From the NCBI GenBank assembly GCA_013414795.1, contig CP058732.1:1161744-1225743 (forward strand): DNA of 64,000 nucleotides, in the 5' to 3' direction. Below are positions 28,901 to 36,896 of this stretch, piece by piece. The first letter of the stretch is position 1, and each line of letters opens with the position of its first letter. Source of the DNA: Candidatus Kapaibacterium sp. (GTDB lineage: Bacteria > Bacteroidota > Ignavibacteria > Kapaibacteriales > UBA2268). The notes beneath the pieces are model-generated. The model saw only the letters and a program-made list of their open reading frames with translations, ran no database searches and was not told the DNA's origin. The position numbers and the translations under genes were made by a program.

Positions 28901-30273
28901 GCATTGCAGAAATTCAATTTGATGGGGACGATTCATTCTTTGTTTGTTCCGATGGACGAAGAATTCCGCTTCGAAGCAAAGAAATTGATGTATTGATTCC
29001 ATCGATGGGGGACCTTGCCGCCCCTCTTTTCGCTGCAACACTGCGTGGTCTTGGATTCAACGCCAAACCGATGCCCGAAAGCAACCCAGAAATTTTGAAA
29101 CTTGCTCGTAGTGTTTCTACGGGGAAGGAATGCCTTCCGCTTCTTCTTCTGGTCGGTCATTTATTGAATTATATCGAAAATCTTTGGGATAGAAAACAAA
29201 AGATTGCCTACTTCATTGTCCAGGGAGCAGGAAATTGTCGTTTGGGACAATATCCAGTGTTCATTCGCAACTTGATTCGTGACCGCAAGATTCCCGACGT
29301 TGCCACACTTGTTTTGATGAACGAGGATGGTTTTGCTGGGCTTGGTAGCGATTTTGCACTTCGTGGTATACAAGCAATTATTGCAAGCGATGTTCTCGAT
29401 GATATTAGGAGTGCGATTCTTGCAAATGCTGTTAATCCAGAAGAAGGAATTGAAATTTTCCACCAGGAATATCAGAAATTACTTTTGGCATTTGAACATC
29501 AGCCTAAAAAAATTTACAAAGCCTTAAAAGATTTTGCACTGACAATAAGAAAGAAAGTTCCCTCGAAAGTTCCAATCCAAAAAGCCAAATATATTGCACT
29601 CGTTGGTGAAATTTATGTTCGCCGAGACCATTTTGCACATCGCTACTTAAATAAATATTTTGCTTCGAAAGGTTTTGTTTTGAAAGATGCCTACATTAGC
29701 GAATGGATTTTCTATGTGGATTATTTGTTGAAACTTAAATTGCTTGAACCAGATACCGATTTTCGCAAGAAATTGGAACGCTGGACACGTGTCCTTTTTA
29801 TGAGAATAGCCGAACACAAGATAAAGAAAAATTTAGCACTTTCTGGCTATTACGAATATTCAAGAACTCTTATCGAGCCAATATTAAATCACAGCAAGCA
29901 TTTGATTCCATTAGAATATAAAGGCGAACCAGGGCTCACATTGGGAATTGCTTTAAAAGATATTCTGGAGAAGTATTGCGGGGTTGTAAATGTTGGTCCA
30001 TTCGGTTGTATGCCAACCAGGTTAGCCGAAGCGGTAAGTGTTCCAGAAATGAAAGTGCAAAACAAAATTACAGCAAGGAAAATGAACAATCCAGCATTCG
30101 ATTTGCCACTGTTTGTCGATAGGGAAATGCCATTACCATTTTTGACAATAGAAAGCGATGGAAATCCTTATCCGCAAGTAATTGAAGCGAAATTGGAGTC
30201 CTTTGTATTAAAAGCCGAAAAAGTAGCTAATTTGATGGAAAAAATTAAAATGAATGGAAAATATAAAGGTTAA
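25954..30273 (+). CDS. 1439-aa fusion protein: two BadF/BadG/BcrA/BcrD-type ATPase (acyl-CoA dehydratase activase, HgdC-like) domains followed by a 2-hydroxyacyl-CoA dehydratase (HgdB/D-component-like) region
   Basis: The first ASKHA ATPase domain has N-terminal FGVCIGASTITFVEI. The second has CIVGLDVGSTTTKGVVL...IFEIGGQDAKYTY...FMQGGVCYNRAIPVAMAGLVGKKIIVPPEPGLMGAFGVAL. The C-terminal ~850 aa have repeated dehydratase-subunit-like halves with conserved Cys (FSCGPDS, GAGNCRLGQY, GPFGCMP). Confidence 0.75.
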   Translation: MNRYFGVCIGASTITFVEISSNSKDKWEIEQVHSFQHNGLPRQVFTEKLKLLNPKKFPTVVTGRKIRNVLKLPTISEVEAVETAFKSLFSNKSDFKAISSLGSETFIVYVLDKNGNIVDVVTRNQCASGTGEFFLQQLKRMNINIDELHKFQNNVTPFKVSGRCSVFCKSDCTHALNKGVPKEEVLAGLAMMMADKVEELLHKVDKGKILLIGGVTQNKLVLKYLIEKEYDVVIPEEATYFEALGAAIFCLQNNVHSNFDFDNLFSNHTSSFIFHKPLSEYKHLVEFKAFERGKAKDGDVCIVGLDVGSTTTKGVVLRVDDCKILASSYIYTHGEPIKAARKVYAELAEQIGSTKIKIIGLGTTGSGRQVTGLHALTKGVFNEIIAHATAAIYFDPNVDTIFEIGGQDAKYTYLVNRVPADYAMNEACSAGTGSFIEESAFESLGIKTHEIEKIAFQSKNPPNFSDQCAAFISSDIKTAQNENIPREDIVAGLVYSVCLNYINRVKGNRQIGNVVFMQGGVCYNRAIPVAMAGLVGKKIIVPPEPGLMGAFGVALQVKEKIELGLLEPQEFSLEELAQREVTYKTPFICMGGKEKCDLRCQINRIVVNGKTYPFGGACNKFYNLLYNKNYNIEEYDFIAKRNSLLYEYSRQEERKDSLGTIGINLSYHTFTILPLLSTFFNGIGYKVVLPDEPDPRGFDREHTSFCFPAQISLCMFQNLLDKNPDYYFLPEIFEMWTAEDEPQRLDFNSSCVFVSGEPFYLKQAFKDYNISDKIISLYLNFANGFDKEKGKFVEIAKKLGVDKEIAEKAFNDAIEKQMQFFNRLEEEGAKFLDFLKENPDKFAVVLVGRPYNSFTSFTNKGIPQKFASRGVYIIPYEFLSFKNYKLDESQFWEAGKKILKTAKAIRDNEQLFPVYITNFSCGPDSMLIPQFRKIIGTRPSLTLELDQHTADAGINTRIDAFLDIVDNFRAVKNQIKHKAGEFRIAEIQFDGDDSFFVCSDGRRIPLRSKEIDVLIPSMGDLAAPLFAATLRGLGFNAKPMPESNPEILKLARSVSTGKECLPLLLLVGHLLNYIENLWDRKQKIAYFIVQGAGNCRLGQYPVFIRNLIRDRKIPDVATLVLMNEDGFAGLGSDFALRGIQAIIASDVLDDIRSAILANAVNPEEGIEIFHQEYQKLLLAFEHQPKKIYKALKDFALTIRKKVPSKVPIQKAKYIALVGEIYVRRDHFAHRYLNKYFASKGFVLKDAYISEWIFYVDYLLKLKLLEPDTDFRKKLERWTRVLFMRIAEHKIKKNLALSGYYEYSRTLIEPILNHSKHLIPLEYKGEPGLTLGIALKDILEKYCGVVNVGPFGCMPTRLAEAVSVPEMKVQNKITARKMNNPAFDLPLFVDREMPLPFLTIESDGNPYPQVIEAKLESFVLKAEKVANLMEKIKMNGKYKG

Positions 30274-30275
30274 CT

Positions 30276-31268
30276 ATGGGAACTACTTACAAGCAGTCGG
30301 GTGTGGACATCGAGGCAGGGGAGAAAACTGTCGAACGAATTAAATCGCTTGTGAAATCTACTTACAACGAGCGAGTACTTTCTGAAATTGGTTTGTTTGG
30401 CGGGTTCTACGATGCAAAATTTCCAGAGTTCGAACATCCAGTTTTAATTTCCAGCACTGATGGTGTTGGAACAAAGTTGAAAATTGCTTTTATGATGAAC
30501 AAACACGATACAATTGGTCAATGCCTTGTCAATCATTGTGTTAATGATATTTTAACGGCTGGTGCAAAGCCTTTGTTCTTCCTCGACTATTTTGCAATGG
30601 GAAAACTGGACGTTGACGTGGCGTATGAAGTAATTAGGGGTTTAGTAATTGCATGCAAAGAAAACAATTGTGCTTTGATTGGGGGAGAAACCGCTGAAAT
30701 GCCCTCGTTTTATGCGGAAGGGGAGTATGATATTTCTGGTACTATTGTTGGTGTAGTAGAAAAATCGAAAATAATCAACGGTTCGAAGATTGCTTCTAGT
30801 GATGTTTTAATTGGGCTGGCTTCCAATGGCTTGCATACAAATGGATATTCCCTTGCTCGAAAAGTCTTGCTTGCGAAATATAAAATCGACCAATATGTGG
30901 AAGAACTTGGTACAACTCTTGGCGAAGAATTGTTGAAAATCCACAAGAGTTATTACCGTTCGATTTATTCATTAGTTCAAGAAGGTCTTATCAACGGTAT
31001 TTCACATATTACTGGTGGAGGGATATTGGGAAACACCAAGCGAATAATTCCCAATGGCTTAACATTGAAAGTTGATTGGAACAGTTGGGAAATGCCACCA
31101 ATTTTTCGTCTCATTCAAAAACTTGGAGATGTTCCAGAAGAAGAAATGCGAACTGTTTTCAATTTGGGTATTGGCTTGATTCTTGTCGTTTCGAAAAGCA
31201 ATGTAGATAAAGTTTTAAATTTTATAGAAGGAAAAGAAAAGTATTTCATAATTGGGGAAGTTGTGTAG
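30276..31268 (+). CDS. purM: phosphoribosylformylglycinamidine cyclo-ligase (AIR synthetase)
   Basis: 330 aa. MGTTYKQSGVDIEAGEK, ISSTDGVGTKLKIAF and HITGGG are the PurM signatures. It follows the preceding stop by 2 nt. Confidence 0.9.
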   Translation: MGTTYKQSGVDIEAGEKTVERIKSLVKSTYNERVLSEIGLFGGFYDAKFPEFEHPVLISSTDGVGTKLKIAFMMNKHDTIGQCLVNHCVNDILTAGAKPLFFLDYFAMGKLDVDVAYEVIRGLVIACKENNCALIGGETAEMPSFYAEGEYDISGTIVGVVEKSKIINGSKIASSDVLIGLASNGLHTNGYSLARKVLLAKYKIDQYVEELGTTLGEELLKIHKSYYRSIYSLVQEGLINGISHITGGGILGNTKRIIPNGLTLKVDWNSWEMPPIFRLIQKLGDVPEEEMRTVFNLGIGLILVVSKSNVDKVLNFIEGKEKYFIIGEVV

Positions 31269-31965
31269 TTCTGTGCGTTTTAGCAAGCGATTTCAATGCC
31301 AAGAACAAAAGAAGAATAGTTAAAACAATTATAAGACCAGCCCAGAACCAATTCGGAAGAAAAAGATTGCGTGCAACTATTTCAGTATCGGATGCTAATG
31401 ACGATTCATTTACATTTCCACTTTTGGCAAATAAATATCCCAAACTTAAGTACACGCTCATAAATGCTTGTATTCCAATAAATTGAGAAGTTACGATTTG
31501 AGATTTTGTCCAATTTGAAATTGAAATAAAAAATATTATCACTGATAGAAAAAGCAAGAAGAAGAAACCAAAGGTAGAACGTACCCACAGCAATGTAGAA
31601 ACAAACAAAGCAGTGCTCGAAAGAAACAAAAGGAGGCGTGTGCGGGGTATATTTTTTGTGGATGTTAAATATAAATACCCAAGCAAAGGCGGAAGAAGTG
31701 GACCACTTATTGCAATTAATGCATTTCCCAGATTTCCAAGTGAACCGCTATTTGATAGTGTTGCAATTCCGCTTCCGTCGGGGAAAATTTGGATTTTGGA
31801 TATCCCCCCGCCCAGAAGTAAAGCCATTATTCCGTGTCCCATTTCGTGGAACCAAGTACTTATTATTATAAATGGATATAGGAAAATATTCAAAATTGGG
31901 AATTGCATAAAAATAATATTTACCGCAATCAAACTCAATGCTAACTGAATTGGCGACTTTTTCAT
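31246..31965 (-). CDS. polytopic membrane protein with intramembrane HExxH motif (M50-like metalloprotease family)
   Basis: 239 aa with several TM helices. The motif WFHEMGHGIMALLLGG lies in a hydrophobic segment. Its 3' end overlaps convergent purM by 23 nt. Confidence 0.45.
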   Translation of the reverse strand: MKKSPIQLALSLIAVNIIFMQFPILNIFLYPFIIISTWFHEMGHGIMALLLGGGISKIQIFPDGSGIATLSNSGSLGNLGNALIAISGPLLPPLLGYLYLTSTKNIPRTRLLLFLSSTALFVSTLLWVRSTFGFFFLLFLSVIIFFISISNWTKSQIVTSQFIGIQAFMSVYLSLGYLFAKSGNVNESSLASDTEIVARNLFLPNWFWAGLIIVLTILLLFLALKSLAKTHRTTQLPQL

Positions 31966-33686
31966 AAACCTAAAGAATTTATTTCGGAAATTAATTTTTT
32001 TGCGTTTTCGATTGCAAATTCAGAAACCATCTCTCCACTTAACAATCGAGCAATTTCAATTATCCTTTCTGTTTCGGACAGACTTCTTGCAGTAATTTCG
32101 AAATTTCCGTTCTTTTCTTTCTTTTCAATCAAAATGGTATGGTTCCCAGCGGAAGCAATTTGGGGTAAGTGTGTGATTGCAATGATTTGATGATTTTGTG
32201 CAATTTTTTTCATCAGTTGGGCAGTCATCGATGCAATTTTTCCACTAATGCCAACATCGATTTCATCGAATATCATAGTAGGAAATTTGTAATGTTCTGC
32301 TGAAATGCTTTTCAATGCAAGCATCAAGCGGGAAAGTTCTCCGCCAGAAGCAATATTGTCCAAAGGTTGGGGTTTCGAGGCTGGATTTGTTGAAATGAGA
32401 AACTCAATTCTATCGATACCATTTGGGTTCAACTTTACATTTTTCCCTTCGATTTCAATTGTCAAATCTTTAATATCGCTGTTACTTGATTCTTCAAATG
32501 TGCTCGATACTTGGAAGATAACGTTTTTCATTCCAAGCGTTTCGAGTATTTCAGGTATTTTGTCTTCGAGGGTTTGAATGCCTTCGAGCCGTTTATTGTG
32601 AATTTCCACTGCGATGCTTTTGATTTGTTCTTTTAGGTGCAAAATTTCATTTCTAATATTCTTTATTTCATCTTCAAGGGAGTATGTGGAAAGAATCATC
32701 TTTTGAAGTCGCTCTTTTTCCACGAAAATGTTCTCGTAGGAAAGATACTTCTTTTCAAGATACTTTAACTCGGAAAGCCTTGTCCGAAGATTGTTTATGT
32801 ATTCGGGGTCGTATTCGATGTCGATGAATTTTTTTTGTAATTCAGTTGAGATTTCAGTAATACTTTCGAGCACTGTCTCCAATTGATTTACCAAATCTTC
32901 CAAAGATTTGTCATATTTGAGTAAAGTCTCTAACTTTTTGATAGCAAATGAAATATTATCGACAACCGACCTGTCGGATCTATAGATGATTTCATTAACT
33001 TCGTTTAAAGTGTTGTTGATTATTTCTATGTTTTCCAGTTTTTTCAACTGCTGTTCGATGGTTTCAAGTTCTTCGGGTTGTGGATTAATTCGAAGTAGTT
33101 CTTGCAATTCAAAATCCACTTTTTCCTTTTCCTTTTGCATTAAAATCAAATCTTGTTCAAGTCTGGTTAAAGTATCGATTTTTTCTTCGAGTTGTTTTTT
33201 CATTTGTTTGTATTTTTCGAGTAATTCTTCTGTATTGGATATGCTGTCCAAAAGTTGGATTTGAAACTTGGGTAATAGTAGTTGTTGATGTGTATGCTGA
33301 CCGTGAAAATCAACAAGATAGTCTCCGATTTCCTTGATAACTGTCAGTGGATAGGGTGTATCGTTTAAGAAGCAACGTGAAGTTCCTCGTGTGCTTATTT
33401 CACGACGCAAAATAAATGTATTACCAATGACATTTTCAGTATCTTTTACGATGGAGTTTATGATATTTGGATTTTCGACGGAAAAAGTTGCTTCGACGAT
33501 TGCTTTGGTTTCCCCGCTTTTGACCAAATCGGGCGAGGTTCTTTCGCCAAGAGTTGTCAACAATGCATCAATAACAATAGACTTTCCCGCCCCTGTTTCG
33601 CCAAGGAAAATATTTAACCCATCTTTAAATTCTAGATATATTTCCCCAATTAATGCAAAGTTCTTGATGTATAGGCTTTGAAGCAT
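31962..33686 (-). CDS. recN: DNA repair protein RecN
   Basis: 574 aa. The N-terminal Walker A is LQSLYIKNFALIGEIYLEFKDGLNIFLGETGAGKSIVIDAL. A long coiled coil follows. The C-terminal ABC signature is GGELSRLMLAL with Walker B IFDEID. Confidence 0.9.
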   Translation of the reverse strand: MLQSLYIKNFALIGEIYLEFKDGLNIFLGETGAGKSIVIDALLTTLGERTSPDLVKSGETKAIVEATFSVENPNIINSIVKDTENVIGNTFILRREISTRGTSRCFLNDTPYPLTVIKEIGDYLVDFHGQHTHQQLLLPKFQIQLLDSISNTEELLEKYKQMKKQLEEKIDTLTRLEQDLILMQKEKEKVDFELQELLRINPQPEELETIEQQLKKLENIEIINNTLNEVNEIIYRSDRSVVDNISFAIKKLETLLKYDKSLEDLVNQLETVLESITEISTELQKKFIDIEYDPEYINNLRTRLSELKYLEKKYLSYENIFVEKERLQKMILSTYSLEDEIKNIRNEILHLKEQIKSIAVEIHNKRLEGIQTLEDKIPEILETLGMKNVIFQVSSTFEESSNSDIKDLTIEIEGKNVKLNPNGIDRIEFLISTNPASKPQPLDNIASGGELSRLMLALKSISAEHYKFPTMIFDEIDVGISGKIASMTAQLMKKIAQNHQIIAITHLPQIASAGNHTILIEKKEKNGNFEITARSLSETERIIEIARLLSGEMVSEFAIENAKKLISEINSLGL

Positions 33687-33728
33687 TTTTTTTGAAAAAA
33701 TATCATTAACTTACAAATTTAATAAAAG

Positions 33729-34340
33729 TTGTTGTTGAGGATGGCTTTTTCGTTTTTCTTTCGTGACCATTTTATTTTGGATAGGCTCGCAGATATTCTT
33801 TCGAAAGACATTTTTGGGCAAAAAGAAATTAAAATTTGGGATGCTGGCTGTGCTCTCGGTCAAGAACCTTTTACTTTTGCCATACTTCTTTCTGAAAAAG
33901 TTGGCTATTTCACTTTTAAAAAGGTTAAAATTTTTGCTTCCGATATTGACGAAACTGGGGAATATCAAAAAACAATTGAAAATGGAATTTATCCATATCA
34001 AGACCTTTCACGTATTCCAAAAGATATTTTTGAAAAATATTTTACAAAAGTGAGCGAAGACAAATATAGGATTGTTTCAGAAATTCACACACGAGTTAAG
34101 TTTGTAAAACATAATCTTCTTGGTCTAAACCCTTTCGAATCTAACTTTGATGCTATTATTTGCAAAAATGTACTACTACATTTTTCCTATTTAGAAAGGG
34201 TTAAAGTTTTACAAATGTTTTACAATACTCTTAAAGATGGAAAATATTTAGCATTGGAGCAAACTCAAAAAATTCCAACAGAACTTGTAGATAAATTCAA
34301 GCAAGTGTTTAGTGATGTAACAATTTACAAAAAAGTCTGA
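33729..34340 (+). CDS. CheR-type SAM-dependent methyltransferase domain protein (catalytic domain only)
   Basis: FFRD...IWDAGCALGQEPFTFAILL matches the CheR methyltransferase motif (FFRD...IWSAGCSTGEEPYS). It is only ~200 aa and lacks the N-terminal helical domain. No other che genes are nearby. Confidence 0.6.
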   Translation: MLLRMAFSFFFRDHFILDRLADILSKDIFGQKEIKIWDAGCALGQEPFTFAILLSEKVGYFTFKKVKIFASDIDETGEYQKTIENGIYPYQDLSRIPKDIFEKYFTKVSEDKYRIVSEIHTRVKFVKHNLLGLNPFESNFDAIICKNVLLHFSYLERVKVLQMFYNTLKDGKYLALEQTQKIPTELVDKFKQVFSDVTIYKKV

Positions 34341-34939
34341 TGAGAATCATAACCTTGCCGTTCAACCCAAGCAAATACTCTTGCAATGTTTATTATGTTC
34401 TTGGCGATTGGAATCGTTTACAAGATGTGAACACTTTGATTGACGCTGGAACAGACGATTTTGTGATTCCTCATATCGAAAAGGTTTCAACTGGCGTCGG
34501 ACAGAAAAAAGTTTCCCAAGTTATAATCACCCACGAACATTTCGACCACAAAGGAGGACTAAAGTATTTAAAGGAAAGGTTCAACCCGATTGTTTATGCT
34601 TTTAACAAGAGTGATTTGGTCGATATTCAAATACAAGACGGGATGGAAATATTGGTTGGGGACAGAAAAGCAATTCTTCTTCATACTCCTGGTCATTCAA
34701 ACGATTCTGTCAGCGTGTATATTCCCGAAGAAGGTGTCCTTTTTTCTGGCGATTTGCCAGTTATGATTCACTCTTATAAAGATACGTTTACTTTAAGTTT
34801 TCTTAATACATTGGAAAAACTTTCTCAATTGGATATAAGGGATATATATCCTGGACACGGCAACCCAATCATTGGTAATGGCTTACAAGTTTTAAAAAGA
34901 AGTTTAGAATTTGTGAAATTGTCTAAAATTATCCAGTAA
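34340..34939 (+). CDS. MBL-fold metallo-hydrolase
   Basis: 199 aa. ITHEHFDHKGG metal-binding motif; later HTPGHS. Confidence 0.7.
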   Translation: MRIITLPFNPSKYSCNVYYVLGDWNRLQDVNTLIDAGTDDFVIPHIEKVSTGVGQKKVSQVIITHEHFDHKGGLKYLKERFNPIVYAFNKSDLVDIQIQDGMEILVGDRKAILLHTPGHSNDSVSVYIPEEGVLFSGDLPVMIHSYKDTFTLSFLNTLEKLSQLDIRDIYPGHGNPIIGNGLQVLKRSLEFVKLSKIIQ

Positions 34940-35612
34940 AACTTTGGTCTTGCTCTTCTCCAAAATCAATTTTTAAAGTTAGTTCTTGCTGTTTACTCTT
35001 TGCCTCAATTAAAGTGCGAATTTCTTCAAGGTTTGGTAATTCAGACAAGTTGTTCAAACCAAAAGTTTTAAGAAATTCTATTGTCACACCATACATAAAT
35101 GGTCGTCCGATAGTTTCTTTTCTACCAACAATTTTTATTAAATTCCTTTCGAGAAGCGTGTTCAAAATTTCGCTGGTATTCGTTCCTCGTATTTCTTCAA
35201 TCTCTGGTCTGGTGATTGGTTGCTTGTAGGCAATAATAGCCAAAGTTTCAAGCATTGCTTTGGAAAACCTTTTCTTGTGTTTAAACTGTGGAAGAGAACC
35301 AAGGATTTTACCAAATTCCTTTTTCGTTGCAAAGGTGTAACCGTTTGCAACTTGAATAATTTGGTATGGTCGATTTGTTATTTCCAAATCTGAATTTATT
35401 TCTTCAATCAATGAAGTTAAGTATTCCTCGAAATTTGAAATTTCTTCGATAGCGTTGTTCGATTTTTTTGTTTTAAAACTTGTAAAATCGAGTTTTTTAT
35501 CAATGATATCAATAATGTTTTCTAATGAAAGCGGCAGTTCGCTTGCAAAAATCAAAGTTTCGACTATCTGCTTTTGAGTTTCTTTGTCTAAAGATAGAAA
35601 ATCCGTTTGCAT
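34929..35612 (-). CDS. scpB: segregation and condensation protein B
   Basis: ScpB winged-helix motifs: ETLAIIAYKQPITRPEIEEIRG and ETIGRPFMYGVT. Confidence 0.85.
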   Translation of the reverse strand: MQTDFLSLDKETQKQIVETLIFASELPLSLENIIDIIDKKLDFTSFKTKKSNNAIEEISNFEEYLTSLIEEINSDLEITNRPYQIIQVANGYTFATKKEFGKILGSLPQFKHKKRFSKAMLETLAIIAYKQPITRPEIEEIRGTNTSEILNTLLERNLIKIVGRKETIGRPFMYGVTIEFLKTFGLNNLSELPNLEEIRTLIEAKSKQQELTLKIDFGEEQDQSFTG

Positions 35613-35613
35613 A

Positions 35614-36339
35614 TTAGTTTCTTTGGAAATTTGATGTTAAAAACAAGAAAATGTCCATTTCTTGGTCGGCTTGATAAGCATAAAGAATCTTTTGTTTGAT
35701 TAATTCCAAAATAGCAACGAAATAAAGAACAAGCACTGGCTTCGAGGCTCCGATGCAAAGTTTACGAAAAGAAATTTGTCGTTCAGTTTGTAGAACTTGT
35801 AGAATATTTGCCATAGCATCTTCAAGTTTATATTCCGTGGTTTTAATCTCGTGAATTACTTCTTTTTCATGTTTAGTTACCAATTCGTAGAATGCTTTTG
35901 CCAGGTCGTAAACTGTTGCTGGCTTGAATGTTTTCAATTTGGATGAAATTTCTGAAATTTCGCTTTCATATATTCCACGGAAATAAACATCTTGCATTCG
36001 TTCCAGATTTGTTTCAAGAAATTGGCTGACTTCCTTGTAGACTTGATATTCTATAAGTTGCTGGACAAGTCCACTTCGCGGGTCCTCGACAATTCCTTCG
36101 CTTTCTTGTTTTTCTATTGGTAAAAGCATTTTTGCTTTGATTTCCATTAATGTTGAAGCCATAACAAGGAATTCGCTCGCTACTTCTATATCAAGTTCTT
36201 GAAGCATATTTAAGTAATTTAAAAACTCATCCGTTATTCTTGCAATAGGGATATCGTAGATGTTTATCTCATCTCGTTTTATGAAATACAATAGCAAATC
36301 CAAAGGACCTTCGAATATCGGAAGAACAATTTTGTACAT
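35614..36339 (-). CDS. scpA: segregation and condensation protein A
   Basis: MYKIVLPIFEGPLDLLLYFIKRDEINIYDIPIARIT is the kleisin ScpA N-terminus. It lies immediately upstream of scpB. Confidence 0.85.
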   Translation of the reverse strand: MYKIVLPIFEGPLDLLLYFIKRDEINIYDIPIARITDEFLNYLNMLQELDIEVASEFLVMASTLMEIKAKMLLPIEKQESEGIVEDPRSGLVQQLIEYQVYKEVSQFLETNLERMQDVYFRGIYESEISEISSKLKTFKPATVYDLAKAFYELVTKHEKEVIHEIKTTEYKLEDAMANILQVLQTERQISFRKLCIGASKPVLVLYFVAILELIKQKILYAYQADQEMDIFLFLTSNFQRN

Positions 36340-36455
36340 TGGTTCCTCGTTGTAAAAACAAATTTACAAAACTAATTTTTTTTCTTTATTTTCTAAAAAA
36401 TTGTGAACAACTAAAATTTTTTTATATTAATTTCGTAATTTGATTTAGTTTAAGT

Positions 36456-36884
36456 TTGTTTGAAATGAGACGAGTATTAATTGCGATTCTGTTGTCTTTC
36501 TCTGTACTGATACTTTATGCCGTCGATGCTTACATCGAAAGTATTAATGCCACTTCTAATGGAAAAGACATAACAATTGAATTTAAAACAATCAATGAGA
36601 AAAATATTTCTCTTTTCGAAATCGAACGTTCTGTGAATAATGGTAATTTCAAAAAAATTACTTCTTTAATTCCCAAAGGCTATCCAACAACTTATAAATA
36701 TGTTGACCAGGAAGCCTTTTTGAAAGGTGGCGAAGAAGAAAAAACGACAGCAAACAACTATTCCTATAGAGTTAAAATCATACTTAAAGACAATACCTAT
36801 TTGTATTCCAATTTTGTAAATGTTGCTCATAAAGTTAATGGCATTTACCGAACCTGGGGAATGATAAAAGAAATGTTTAGGTAG
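36456..36884 (+). CDS. small hypothetical secreted protein
   Basis: 142 aa. N-terminal signal LIAILLSFSVLILYA. No family assigned. Confidence 0.35.
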   Translation: MFEMRRVLIAILLSFSVLILYAVDAYIESINATSNGKDITIEFKTINEKNISLFEIERSVNNGNFKKITSLIPKGYPTTYKYVDQEAFLKGGEEEKTTANNYSYRVKIILKDNTYLYSNFVNVAHKVNGIYRTWGMIKEMFR

Positions 36885-36896
36885 AACTTTATCCTT

